A DNA stretch of 64,000 nucleotides from Candidatus Scatocola faecigallinarum (lineage in GTDB: Bacteria > Pseudomonadota > Alphaproteobacteria > RF32 > CAG-239). Position 1 is the first letter of the stretch. Each line of letters opens with the position of its first letter. Both the position numbers and the translations under genes were made by a program. The notes below the pieces were generated by a model, which saw only the letters and a program-made list of their open reading frames with translations, was not told the DNA's origin and did not search any database. The stretch spans positions 7,509-71,508 of the forward strand of contig DVOM01000024.1 of the NCBI GenBank assembly GCA_018713605.1, written 5' to 3'. This document shows, in pieces, positions 48,374 to 57,794 of this stretch.

Positions 48374-50239
48374 ATGAGAGCAGGAAAAAGTATTATTGTC
48401 TGGCTGGTAGCCATTGTGCTGCTGACGTCTCTGATGAATATGTTCGGCGAGGGATCCGCGCGCGCAACGGCTGAAAATCTGGCTTTCTCCGATTTTATGA
48501 AGGACGTTGAGGGCAAGAGAATCAGCGAAGTGACGATTACCGGCGCGGAGATTTCCGGTTCGTATTTGGACGGGCACAAGTTCTATACCTATGCGCCGGA
48601 GGATCCGACGATGGTTGAAACGCTGCGCAACAGCGGCGTCAAGGTGACTGCTAAGCCGGAAGGAAGTGCCGCAGGCACATTCTGGAGCGTACTGATTTCG
48701 TGGTTTCCGATGATTCTTTTAATCGGCGTCTGGGTATATTTCATGCGTCAGGCCAGTTCCGGAAACAACAAGGCGATGAGTTTCGGAAAATCGCGTGCCC
48801 GGCTGATTGAAAACACCAAAAAAGTCACTTTTGCCGATGTAGCCGGCGCTGACGAATCAAAACAGGAACTGGAAGAGGTTATTGACTTTTTGAAAGATCC
48901 TTCCAAGTTTCAGCGACTGGGCGGCAAAATTCCGAAAGGCGTTTTGCTGGTCGGCCCTCCGGGTACCGGAAAGACCCTGCTGGCCAAAGCGGTCGCCGGC
49001 GAGGCAAATGTACCGTTTTTCTCGATTTCGGGTTCGGATTTCGTCGAAATGTTTGTCGGCGTCGGTGCGTCGCGTGTTCGTGACATGTTTGCGCAGGCTA
49101 AGAAAAATGCTCCCTGTCTGCTGTTTATTGACGAAATCGACGCTGTCGGCCGTCATCGCGGCGCCGGTCTGGGCGGCGGTAATGACGAACGCGAACAGAC
49201 GCTGAACCAATTGCTGGTCGAGATGGACGGTTTTGAACCGAACGAGAACGTTATTCTGATTGCGGCGACCAACCGTCCCGACGTTCTTGATCCGGCTTTG
49301 CTGCGTCCGGGGCGTTTTGACCGTCAGGTTACGGTAACGAATCCTGACATTAAGGGGCGCGAGGATATTTTAAAGGTACATACCCGCAAGGTGCCTTTGG
49401 CCAAAGACGTTAACCTGTCGGTTATTGCCCGCGGCACGCCAGGATTTTCCGGCGCCGATCTGGCCAATCTGGTCAATGAGGCGGCACTGCTGGCAGCGCG
49501 CAAAAACAAAAACAAAGTGACGTCGAAAGATTTTGACGATGCCAAGGACAAGGTGTTGATGGGCAACGAACGCCGTTCGATGGCGATGGACGAGGCGGAG
49601 AAGAAACTGACGGCCTATCATGAAGCCGGTCATGCCATCTGTTCGCTGTTTGTACCGGACACCGATCCGATTCACAAGGCGACGATTATTCCGCGGGGAC
49701 GGGCTTTGGGTATGGTTCAGCAGCTGCCGGAGAAAGACCAGTATTCCTATTCGCGTTCCAAGATGCTGTCGCGTCTGATTATTCTGATGGGCGGACGGGT
49801 CGCCGAAGAACTGAAATTCGGATACGACAAGGTTACGTCAGGGGCCTCCTCGGATATTGCCGCGGCGACTAATCTGGCGCGTTCCATGGTTACGGAATGG
49901 GGAATGAGTGACAAGCTCGGTCCGGTTCTGTATGCCGAAAATTCCGGGGAGGTTTTTCTCGGCAAGTCGGTTACGCAGAACAAAAACATGAGCGAAGACA
50001 CCGCGCGGCTGGTTGATGCCGAAATCAAGCGTTTGGTTACCGAAAGCTATGAGGGCGCGCAGAAACTGCTTAAAGAGAAGAACAAGGAGTGGGAAACTCT
50101 GGCTCAGGCCCTGATGGAATATGAAACGCTGACCGGCGACGAAATCAAGCAGGTTCTGGCCGGCGAAAAGGTGGACAAGTCCAAAGAATGTCCGGTCTGC
50201 GAGGAAAAACGGACGCACGCGTCCATTCCCGAAATCTAA
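48374..50239 (+). CDS. ftsH: ATP-dependent zinc metalloprotease FtsH
   Basis: [20 protein letters not shown], the HEAGHA zinc motif, and N-terminal TM segments. Confidence 0.97.
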   Translation: MRAGKSIIVWLVAIVLLTSLMNMFGEGSARATAENLAFSDFMKDVEGKRISEVTITGAEISGSYLDGHKFYTYAPEDPTMVETLRNSGVKVTAKPEGSAAGTFWSVLISWFPMILLIGVWVYFMRQASSGNNKAMSFGKSRARLIENTKKVTFADVAGADESKQELEEVIDFLKDPSKFQRLGGKIPKGVLLVGPPGTGKTLLAKAVAGEANVPFFSISGSDFVEMFVGVGASRVRDMFAQAKKNAPCLLFIDEIDAVGRHRGAGLGGGNDEREQTLNQLLVEMDGFEPNENVILIAATNRPDVLDPALLRPGRFDRQVTVTNPDIKGREDILKVHTRKVPLAKDVNLSVIARGTPGFSGADLANLVNEAALLAARKNKNKVTSKDFDDAKDKVLMGNERRSMAMDEAEKKLTAYHEAGHAICSLFVPDTDPIHKATIIPRGRALGMVQQLPEKDQYSYSRSKMLSRLIILMGGRVAEELKFGYDKVTSGASSDIAAATNLARSMVTEWGMSDKLGPVLYAENSGEVFLGKSVTQNKNMSEDTARLVDAEIKRLVTESYEGAQKLLKEKNKEWETLAQALMEYETLTGDEIKQVLAGEKVDKSKECPVCEEKRTHASIPEI

Positions 50240-50275
50240 GTACCGGTCGGCTTCTGCCTGTCTGTAACAAACATT

Positions 50276-50319
50276 AACAACACTTGAGGTGAATATCTGC
50301 TCTCAGGTGTTGTTTTTTT
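50276..50319 (+). terminator. Rho-independent terminator of ftsH
   Basis: AACAACACTTGAG...CTCAGGTGTTGTT followed by TTTTT. Confidence 0.8.
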
Positions 50320-50376
50320 ATGTTCGGGCTTTATGATTGAAACATTGTAAAACTTATTTGAGAAAGGATTTCAGCG

Positions 50377-51747
50377 ATGGGCGCAAAATTATTCGGCACC
50401 GACGGCGTGCGCGGCAAGGCCAATATTTATCCGATGACGGCAGAGTTTGCCCTGAGACTGGCAACGGCAGCCGGACAGCTTGTCTGCAACAAGGAACGTC
50501 GAGTTGCCATTGGGCGGGATACGCGCCTTTCCGGCGAGATGTTGGAAGCGGCGATGATTGCCGGATTTACGTCGGCCGGTATTGACGTCATCTGTCTCGG
50601 TGTTCTGCCGACTCCGGCGGTAACGACGTTGACGCCGGATTTGAAAGTCGACATGTCGGTAATGATTACCGCTTCGCACAATCCGTGGCATGACAACGGA
50701 ATTAAGCTGATTGCGTCCGACGGTTCCAAGTTTTCGGACAAGGTAACCTCCGAGCTGGAAGCGCTGATTGCCAACGGGGAATTTGCGCTCTCTCCTGAAA
50801 AAATCGGACGGGTCAGCAGCGAGGAAACGCTGGTTAACAAATATATCGTTCAGGCAATGTCCGCCGTGCCGGACGGAAAACCGCTGAAAGGTCTGCGTGT
50901 GGTTTTGGACTGCGCCAACGGCGTTTTTTCAGAGATTATGCCCAAGGTGTTTATGGAACTCGGTGCCGGGGTAATTGCCATAGGCAATAAGCCGGACGGC
51001 TGGAACATTAACAGAGAATGCGGCTCGCAGCATGTCGAGAAAATGGTCGAGGCGGTGTGCGGCGCTCATGCCCAATTGGGAATTGCCGTGGACGGCGACG
51101 GCGACCGGATAATTATCTGTGACGAAAAAGGCGTTCGCCTAGACGGGGATCAGGTTATCGCCTTTTTGGGACAGTATCTGAAAGGCAAATCGCGCCTCAA
51201 AGGAAATGCAGTGGTGGCGACGATTGTTTCCAATCCGGCGCTGGACCGTTTTCTGAAGTCGCAAGGGGTTGACTGCGTGCGTTCCGGCGTGGGCGAGCGT
51301 TATGTGATTGAGGAAATGAAAAGGCACGGCGCCAATGTCGGCGGCGAAGAATCGGGGCATATGGTGCTTTCTGACTACGCCAGAACCGGTGATGCAATGA
51401 TTGCGGCGCTGGTTGTCAGTCAGGGGTTGCTGGAAAGCGGCAAAAAGATGAGCGAAATTTTTCCGTTATTTGTACCGATGTATAAAAAACGGGTCGATAC
51501 CCGTTTTGCCGGCCGGGAGGAAATGCTGGCCGCTTTCGAACTGCCGGCGTTTAAGACGGCGATTGCCGAAGGCGAAAGAAAAATTGAAGGCAAGGGCAGG
51601 GTTCTGGTCCGGACTTCCGGCACTGAGCCGAAGATTCAGGTTTGGGTCTGGGGAGACGACGCAGCGCTGGCTGACAAGGTCAACGGCGAAATATCCGCAG
51701 TGCTGGCAAAGGCTCCCGGGTACGAATCCGTTAAGGTTATGCCGTAA
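50377..51747 (+). CDS. glmM: Phosphoglucosamine mutase
   Basis: LFGTDGVRGKAN, ITASHNP with the active serine, and GDGDR. Confidence 0.93.
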   Translation: MGAKLFGTDGVRGKANIYPMTAEFALRLATAAGQLVCNKERRVAIGRDTRLSGEMLEAAMIAGFTSAGIDVICLGVLPTPAVTTLTPDLKVDMSVMITASHNPWHDNGIKLIASDGSKFSDKVTSELEALIANGEFALSPEKIGRVSSEETLVNKYIVQAMSAVPDGKPLKGLRVVLDCANGVFSEIMPKVFMELGAGVIAIGNKPDGWNINRECGSQHVEKMVEAVCGAHAQLGIAVDGDGDRIIICDEKGVRLDGDQVIAFLGQYLKGKSRLKGNAVVATIVSNPALDRFLKSQGVDCVRSGVGERYVIEEMKRHGANVGGEESGHMVLSDYARTGDAMIAALVVSQGLLESGKKMSEIFPLFVPMYKKRVDTRFAGREEMLAAFELPAFKTAIAEGERKIEGKGRVLVRTSGTEPKIQVWVWGDDAALADKVNGEISAVLAKAPGYESVKVMP

Positions 51748-51836
51748 AGTTGAGGCCGGGTTAAACATTTGTTTACTTTATTTGCCTAAAGTCAATATTA
51801 TATAGACTTGTATCCATAGGAAAGCGAGGCTTGATT

Positions 51837-52040
51837 ATGAACAGTATGCAAACCGGTTTTGACTGGGAAAAAAACAAACCCTATCAGATAAAAAAACGCG
51901 GCAACCTGTCTTTGCTGGCGGCGACGACGTTTAAAAACGGAAACATGGTCAGCAGCGGTTCGCGCTGTGTATGGCCGAGCGCTTCGGAAAGCCGCGACTC
52001 CCGGATAATTTCGCGCCGCGTATGGGGTAAGACAATTTGA
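51837..52040 (+). CDS. Hypothetical small protein
   Basis: A 67-aa ORF with a weak SD (GCGAGG). Its stop overlaps the TTG start of the next ORF. There is no other support. Confidence 0.3.
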   Translation: MNSMQTGFDWEKNKPYQIKKRGNLSLLAATTFKNGNMVSSGSRCVWPSASESRDSRIISRRVWGKTI

Positions 52041-52357
52041 TTAAGGGAATTTTGTCGCTGTTTACGTCGGGGGCGATACTTAACCCGATGGTGCTGCTTG
52101 GAATTTTCATCGGAATTTTCTGTTATGTGTATTTGACGGCAGAGCAGATAACGGCGTTGTTTTCGGATTATCGTTTCTATCTGCTGGGGCTTTTGATTGC
52201 CTTTGTTTATAATTTTCTTTTTAAAAAGGTATATCAGGAAGGCGGGTATAATCTGGATACGGGTGCGACGCTGCTGAACGTGCTGGGATCTGCTTTCAAA
52301 CTTTTTCTTTCAGGAATTTTGATGATTTCTTTTCTGTCCATGCTCAGTTTGACCTGA
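52037..52357 (+). CDS. Hypothetical small membrane protein
   Basis: 106 aa with three hydrophobic helices and a TTG start. A strong terminator follows. Confidence 0.4.
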   Translation: MIKGILSLFTSGAILNPMVLLGIFIGIFCYVYLTAEQITALFSDYRFYLLGLLIAFVYNFLFKKVYQEGGYNLDTGATLLNVLGSAFKLFLSGILMISFLSMLSLT

Positions 52358-52360
52358 ATG

Positions 52361-52392
52361 AAAAAAAAACACCCGGCCGGGTGTTTTTTTTT
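52361..52392. terminator. Bidirectional terminator
   Basis: A9-ACACCCGGCCGGGTGT-T9. Confidence 0.85.
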
Positions 52393-52404
52393 GCGGAAAT
52401 TTTG

Positions 52405-52581
52405 CTAAACGGAGATGTCGACGTTGTGTCCGTGGGTCGGGGAAGGGGAAACCGTGCGGCTGCCGTCGCCGAGCAGAATTTCAATCACTTCCTGCTGCAT
52501 TTCAACGGAATTTTTAATCAGCGACATCTGCATCTGCTGAACAGACAACGCGTAAGAACTCAGAGCGCCTAATTCTGCCAT
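52405..52581 (-). CDS. YjfB-like putative motility peptide
   Basis: Hand translation gives 58 aa: MAELGALSSYALSVQQMQMSLIKNSVEMQQEVIEILLGDGSRTVSPSPTHGHNVDISV. The SD is AAGGAG. The pattern resembles the YjfB family as I recall it. It is too short for the ORF track. Confidence 0.55.
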   Translation of the reverse strand: MAELGALSSYALSVQQMQMSLIKNSVEMQQEVIEILLGDGSRTVSPSPTHGHNVDISV

Positions 52582-52803
52582 TTTTCTTCTCCTTAAAACT
52601 AAGTTTTATTATAGCATAAAAAAATTAAGTTTTCATTAAAAAACTTAATGATGCCGTTGGCAGAAAATGTTTGCCTTTCGGCGGTTTTGCCGCTAGAGTG
52701 GCAAAAAAAACGGAGACAACGGCGGATGCCGAACCGGTTTTGCGGAAATGTTATCTGGAATTTTTGGTAATAAGAGGTTATATATTGGCAGAGGCGCAGA
52801 AAA

Positions 52804-54609
52804 GTGGCAGACATTAAACACGGATTATCGGTTCTGTTGAAGAACATTAAAATCGCCCCCGAAAAACCCGGCGTGTACCGGATGCTCGGCGAGGGCGACA
52901 AGGTTCTGTACGTGGGCAAGGCCAAAAACATCAAGAAGAGAATCGTCGCCTATTCGCATATTGAAAAACTGCCGATACGTTTGCAGCGGATGGTTTCGGA
53001 AATCAGGCGGATGGAATTTATCATCGTTGAAAACGAAGCCAAGGCGCTGTTGATGGAAAATGAGCTGATTAAGAAGCTTGAACCGCGTTACAATATTCTG
53101 CTTAAGGACGACAAAACCTTTCCGCATCTGGTGATTGACGTGCAATCTGAGTTTCCCTGTTTGCGCAAGTATCGGGGCAAGCGTCATGACAAAAGCAAAT
53201 ATTTCGGGCCGTTTGCCAGTGTGCTGGCGGTTAATTCCACGCTGGATACCGTGCAGAAGGCGTTTTTGCTCCGCACTTGCCGCGACAGCGTTTTCAAACA
53301 CCGTGACCGTCCGTGCCTGATGTATCAGATTAAGCGCTGTTCGGCGCCCTGCGTTGGCAAAATATCGCCGGAAGACTACCGGCGGCTGGTGCGTGACGCG
53401 GTTGATTTTCTTGAAGGTAAAAACTCCAGGATTCAGGAAGAACTGTCGCAGAAAATGCAGGAAGCCAGCAACGCGCAGAATTATGAACTGGCGATGGTGC
53501 TGCGCGACCGCATCCGCGCGCTGACCAATATTCAGCACGGCAATCAGGTGGAGTATGCCGATATCAAATCGGCTGACATTATTGCTCTGGCGCGCCGGAA
53601 CGATTTGGTCTGCATTCAGGTTTTCTTTGTCCGCTCGGGGCAGAACTGCGGAAACGTGCCCTATTTCCCGAAACAGATAGAAGGCGCGGCAGACGGCGAA
53701 ATTCTCGAGGCTTTTCTGAGCAGTTTCTATACGCGCCATATTCCGCCGAAAGAAATTATTCTTTCCGAAGAACTGGAAAACAAAGATTTTCTGGAAGAAG
53801 CCACCGGCGCCAGAATCAATACCTATCAAAAAGGAAACAAGGCCAAGCTGGCCGCCAATGCCAAAGAAAACGCGCTGGCGTCGATTGAGCGCAAAATTGC
53901 CGAAGAGGCGTCGGTTAAAAGCAATCTGGAAGAATTTGTGCGGATTTTCAATCTGCCGCGGATACCGCAGCGGATTGAGGTCTATGACAACTCTCATATT
54001 CAGGGCAGCTATGCCATCGGCGCGATGGTCGTGGCGACACCGGACGGATTTGACAAGAAGCAGTATCGAACTTTTAACATCAAAAATCCTGAGATTACCA
54101 ATGACGATTTCGCGATGATGAAGGAGGTGCTGACGCGCCGTTTCAACCGGATGACGCCGGAAAACAAACCGGATGTTATATTGCTTGACGGCGGTCTCGG
54201 ACAACTGCATGCGGTGCATGAGAGCCTGAAGGATTTTGACCTTTCGGGCATTGCCGTCATTGCCATTTCCAAAGGGCCGGACAGAAATGCGGGCAAGGAA
54301 TTTTACCATATGCTCGGACGCGAAAGTTTTGCGCTGCCGTTTCAGTCTCCGATAGCCTTTTATATGCAAAATCTGCGCGACGAGGCGCATCGTTTTGCCA
54401 TCGGCACGCATCGCAAGAGACGCGCCAAGTCTGTTTCCAAGTCGCGGCTGGACGAAGTGGAAGGAATCGGCAGCCGCCGTAAGCACGATTTGCTGAATTA
54501 TTTCGGTTCGGTCGAAGAAATTTCTCAGGCTTCGATTAAAGACATTGAAAAAGTGGAGGGAATCAGCAAAAAAACGGCGGAAAAGATTTATAACTACTTC
54601 CACAAATAA
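52804..54609 (+). CDS. uvrC: Excinuclease ABC subunit C
   Basis: GIY-YIG N-terminus (PGVYRMLGEGDKVLYVGKAKNIKKR), a UVR domain, and C-terminal HhH. GTG start. Confidence 0.95.
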   Translation: MADIKHGLSVLLKNIKIAPEKPGVYRMLGEGDKVLYVGKAKNIKKRIVAYSHIEKLPIRLQRMVSEIRRMEFIIVENEAKALLMENELIKKLEPRYNILLKDDKTFPHLVIDVQSEFPCLRKYRGKRHDKSKYFGPFASVLAVNSTLDTVQKAFLLRTCRDSVFKHRDRPCLMYQIKRCSAPCVGKISPEDYRRLVRDAVDFLEGKNSRIQEELSQKMQEASNAQNYELAMVLRDRIRALTNIQHGNQVEYADIKSADIIALARRNDLVCIQVFFVRSGQNCGNVPYFPKQIEGAADGEILEAFLSSFYTRHIPPKEIILSEELENKDFLEEATGARINTYQKGNKAKLAANAKENALASIERKIAEEASVKSNLEEFVRIFNLPRIPQRIEVYDNSHIQGSYAIGAMVVATPDGFDKKQYRTFNIKNPEITNDDFAMMKEVLTRRFNRMTPENKPDVILLDGGLGQLHAVHESLKDFDLSGIAVIAISKGPDRNAGKEFYHMLGRESFALPFQSPIAFYMQNLRDEAHRFAIGTHRKRRAKSVSKSRLDEVEGIGSRRKHDLLNYFGSVEEISQASIKDIEKVEGISKKTAEKIYNYFHK

Positions 54610-54662
54610 AAAATCTGTCCTATGATACCTGCAAATATTTCGCTAATATATTTTTGTAAAGG

Positions 54663-55370
54663 ATGCAAAAAGTGTACAGCTTACCGAATCTTCTGACGAT
54701 TTCACGCATTGTCGTCATTCCCGTTATTTTCATGATGGTTTATATTCATGCCACTCTGTGGCAGCTGGTGGCGGCGATTTTGTTTATCGTGGCTTCGATT
54801 ACCGATTATCTTGACGGCTATCTGGCGCGTTCGCGCAACGAAACTTCGGCTTTCGGCCGTTTGCTGGATCCGATTGCCGACAAGCTTCTGGTTACGTCGG
54901 CGCTGGTGGTCATTCTGGCGGTTCCGGGCATGGTTGTCTGCAAGCTGAGTTACATTCCCGTTATTGTTATCCTTTGCCGCGAAATTCTGGTTTCCGGCCT
55001 GCGCGAGTTTCTGATGGAAGTCAAGGTCGGTATGCCGGTAACGCGTCTGGCCAAATGGAAAACCGGCTTTCAGATGACGGCGTTGTCGATGATGCTGCTG
55101 AAAGGTTTCTGGCTTTGGGGCGGCATCGGCGAGATTCTGCTGTGGATTGCCGGCGTGCTGACTTTTATTACCGGTTATCAATATTTTCAGAAGAGTCTGA
55201 ACTACATCAAAAAAATCGAAAAGGCGGCAAAGCCGGCAGCCGGAGCGGGTAAATCGGCAGCAAAAGCCGAAAAGCCGGCCAAGAAGAAAACCGCGCCTGC
55301 CAAAAAGGCTTCCGGTAAAAAAACGGCCCGCAAAGCGGCTCCGAAAAAGACTGCCGTCAAAAAGGCCTAA
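54663..55370 (+). CDS. pgsA: CDP-diacylglycerol--glycerol-3-phosphate 3-phosphatidyltransferase with a Lys/Ala/Pro-rich C-terminal tail
   Basis: LPNLLTISRIVVIP ... DYLDGYLAR ... GRLLDPIADK is the CDP-alcohol phosphatidyltransferase motif. It is followed by a 53-aa tail, KKIEKAAKPAAGAGKSAAKAEKPAKKKTAPAKKASGKKTARKAAPKKTAVKKA. Confidence 0.9.
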   Translation: MQKVYSLPNLLTISRIVVIPVIFMMVYIHATLWQLVAAILFIVASITDYLDGYLARSRNETSAFGRLLDPIADKLLVTSALVVILAVPGMVVCKLSYIPVIVILCREILVSGLREFLMEVKVGMPVTRLAKWKTGFQMTALSMMLLKGFWLWGGIGEILLWIAGVLTFITGYQYFQKSLNYIKKIEKAAKPAAGAGKSAAKAEKPAKKKTAPAKKASGKKTARKAAPKKTAVKKA

Positions 55371-55387
55371 TCAAGCCGGGCATCCGA

Positions 55388-56077
55388 ATGGATAAAGACA
55401 AAGCACATATTCTGGTCGTTGATGACGATACCCGTTTGCGTTCGCTTCTGCAAAGGTTTTTGAGGGAAAACGGGTTTTACGTTTCAACGGCCAAAGATGC
55501 GGCAGAGGCGCGTGAACGGCTGACCGAATACAAGTTTGACCTGTTGATTGTCGATATTATGATGCCGAACGAAACGGGGCTGGCTTTTTTGGAAAAGTTT
55601 CGCGCCGAGAGCAATTTGCCGGTAATTATGCTGACGGCTATGGGCGAAACGGCGGATCGGATTACCGGACTTTCGGCCGGGGCGGACGATTATCTGCCCA
55701 AGCCGTTTGAGCCGTTGGAACTGGTGCTGCGGATTAAGAATATTCTCAAACGCGCGCCGCAGGTTCGCGAGGAGGTTCGGGACAAGCTTGATTTGGGACT
55801 CTGCGTGTACGATTTGAATAAAAAAGAGTTGCATACCAAACAGGGGCAGATTATTCACATTACGCCGGTCGAACAGGCGCTGCTCGGTGTGCTGGGGCAG
55901 AAGTCAGGGCAGATTTTTACGCGTGAAAAGCTGGCGGAACTGCTGGGAGCCGGGCAAAGTCCCCGCTCCATCGACGTTCAGATTACGCGCCTGCGCAAAA
56001 AAATCGAAAAGGACTCTAAAAATCCGCGTTATCTGCAAACGGTACGCGGCAAGGGGTATATGCTGCTTCCCGAATAG
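55388..56077 (+). CDS. ompR: OmpR-family response regulator
   Basis: Receiver domain ILVVDDDTRLRSLLQRFL...DLLIVDIMMP...DDYLPKPFEPLEL plus a winged-helix C-terminus (RYLQTVRGKGYML). It is very similar in pattern to E. coli OmpR. Confidence 0.85.
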   Translation: MDKDKAHILVVDDDTRLRSLLQRFLRENGFYVSTAKDAAEARERLTEYKFDLLIVDIMMPNETGLAFLEKFRAESNLPVIMLTAMGETADRITGLSAGADDYLPKPFEPLELVLRIKNILKRAPQVREEVRDKLDLGLCVYDLNKKELHTKQGQIIHITPVEQALLGVLGQKSGQIFTREKLAELLGAGQSPRSIDVQITRLRKKIEKDSKNPRYLQTVRGKGYMLLPE

Positions 56078-56217
56078 TTTTTTGCAGGTTTCTGCGGGAC
56101 TGCCAATACAAGTCATCAGACAAATGTTCTTTTGTAATTCTTTGTCAGTTAATTTTACTGGCATTTATTTTTGATTGGTTTAATATCGAAAGTAGTTTTA
56201 TTATCAGGAGAAAACAT

Positions 56218-57576
56218 ATGCATTTGAAATTTCCGGAAAAGGTGGACAACGGCTTGCGGTTTCTGAAACTCAAGCTTTTGCCGAAAACCTTGTTTTTCAG
56301 AACGATGCTGCTCATTTTCATTCCGCTGATTGTGGTTCAGGTGGTTTCCATCGTGGCCTTTTTTGACGGAAGCTGGGGCAGGGTAGGCAAAAGGCTGTCG
56401 ACGAATCTGACTTCGGACATGGCCTTTATGATGCAGCTGGTGGAAAAGTCGCCGGACAAACTGTCTGAAATTCAGAAACTGAGCCGGTCGATTTTTGACA
56501 TTGATTTGAAGTATTACGGCAATGACGAAAAGCACAAGGTCTTAAACAAAACCAGCCGCAACAGCAAGCTGGTAACCGGGTTTTTGGAAGATGCGCTGCG
56601 CCGTGAATTTCCTGAGGCCATCAGCAGCATTTACATGGGCAAGGGTGATTACAACATGGTGGTTTTCGTTGATACTGAAAACGGCCTGTTTCAGTTTTCG
56701 ACGTCGTCCAAAAACATTTTCTCGACTTCAATATTCGGTTTCGTTGCCTGGATGATAGGCACGTCGCTGCTGTTGTTTCTGGTGGCGGCACTGTTCCTGC
56801 GGATTCAGGTCAGGTCGATTGCCGAACTGGCCAGAGTGGCCGAAGACTTCGGTAAAGGAATTGACAATAAGGACTTTAAGCCTTACGGCTCGATAGAGGT
56901 TCGCCGTGCGGGAATTGCCTTTATCAAGATGAAAGAACGCATTCAGCGGCAGATCAGCGAACGCACGCAGATGCTGGCCGGCGTATCTCATGACCTCAGA
57001 ACGCCGCTGACCCGGATGAAGCTGCAGACGGCGATGCTGAAAGACAGCCAGGATAAGGAAGACTTCTTAAACGACATTTCAGAAATGGAAAAGATGCTGG
57101 ACGGCTATTTGTCGTTTGTCAGCGGCGAAGGCGGCGAGAAATCGACTTTTGTGGATATGAACGAGCTTATTTTGAGCATCATCAACAAGTTTCGCAATAC
57201 AAAAGCTCTTATCCGCTATTCGACCAATGATCAAGTCAGCGCGATACAGGGGCGCGAGCAGGCGCTGAAGCGGGCTCTGACCAATATTATTTCCAATGCT
57301 TTTGATTACGGCAAAACGGTAGCGGTCAGTCTGGAAAGCAACAACAACAAACTTGAAGTGGCGGTTGACGATGACGGTCCGGGAATTCCTGCAGACAAGA
57401 GAGAGGAGGTTTTCAAGGCCTTTTACCGTTTGGAAGGTTCGCGCAATAAAGAGACCGGCGGCGTCGGTCTGGGTCTGTCAATTGCCAAAGATATCATTAC
57501 GTCACACGGGGGCAAGATTGAGCTTCTCGACAGTCCGATAGGAGGCTTGAGGGTTCTCGTCAGTATTCCCCTATAG
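56218..57576 (+). CDS. envZ: EnvZ-like sensor histidine kinase
   Basis: Two TM segments, H-box GVSHDLRTPLTR, N-box NIISNAFDYG, and G-boxes DDDGPGIP and GGVGLGLSI. Confidence 0.85.
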   Translation: MHLKFPEKVDNGLRFLKLKLLPKTLFFRTMLLIFIPLIVVQVVSIVAFFDGSWGRVGKRLSTNLTSDMAFMMQLVEKSPDKLSEIQKLSRSIFDIDLKYYGNDEKHKVLNKTSRNSKLVTGFLEDALRREFPEAISSIYMGKGDYNMVVFVDTENGLFQFSTSSKNIFSTSIFGFVAWMIGTSLLLFLVAALFLRIQVRSIAELARVAEDFGKGIDNKDFKPYGSIEVRRAGIAFIKMKERIQRQISERTQMLAGVSHDLRTPLTRMKLQTAMLKDSQDKEDFLNDISEMEKMLDGYLSFVSGEGGEKSTFVDMNELILSIINKFRNTKALIRYSTNDQVSAIQGREQALKRALTNIISNAFDYGKTVAVSLESNNNKLEVAVDDDGPGIPADKREEVFKAFYRLEGSRNKETGGVGLGLSIAKDIITSHGGKIELLDSPIGGLRVLVSIPL

Positions 57577-57693
57577 CGGCCACGTTCGGCGTTATACTTT
57601 CAACAAGGTCTATGTCAGTCCGCGGGTCAAAATAGCCAACGACTGACAGGGACGGAAAGGCTGAACAGGAGGTAAGTTATTATGTTTGCTTCA

Positions 57694-57727
57694 AAAACCC
57701 GGCGGAATTTTCGACCGGGTTTTGTTT
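57694..57727 (+). terminator. Rho-independent terminator downstream of the kinase gene
   Basis: AACCCGG...CCGGGTT followed by TTGTTTG. It lies inside a 16-codon mini-ORF (see findings). Confidence 0.65.
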
Positions 57728-57794
57728 GTTAAAGTCATTTTAACATATATATATTAGAATCCGTTCAGAATGCAATTTTTACAGGTGAAGAGCG

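Noticed and set aside
50180-50239. A CxxC motif (KECPVCEEK) in the FtsH C-terminal tail as a special feature
   Set aside because: FtsH C-terminal tails are highly variable between lineages. A single CxxC pair cannot be interpreted without comparative data.
52825-54603. A 592-aa ORF antisense to uvrC
   Set aside because: It is a shadow ORF of a well-supported gene. The same reasoning applies to 62654..63781 (antisense to obg), 58161..59531 (antisense to the repeat-protein gene), 11061..12239 (antisense to lepA) and 32418..33206 (antisense to fliP).
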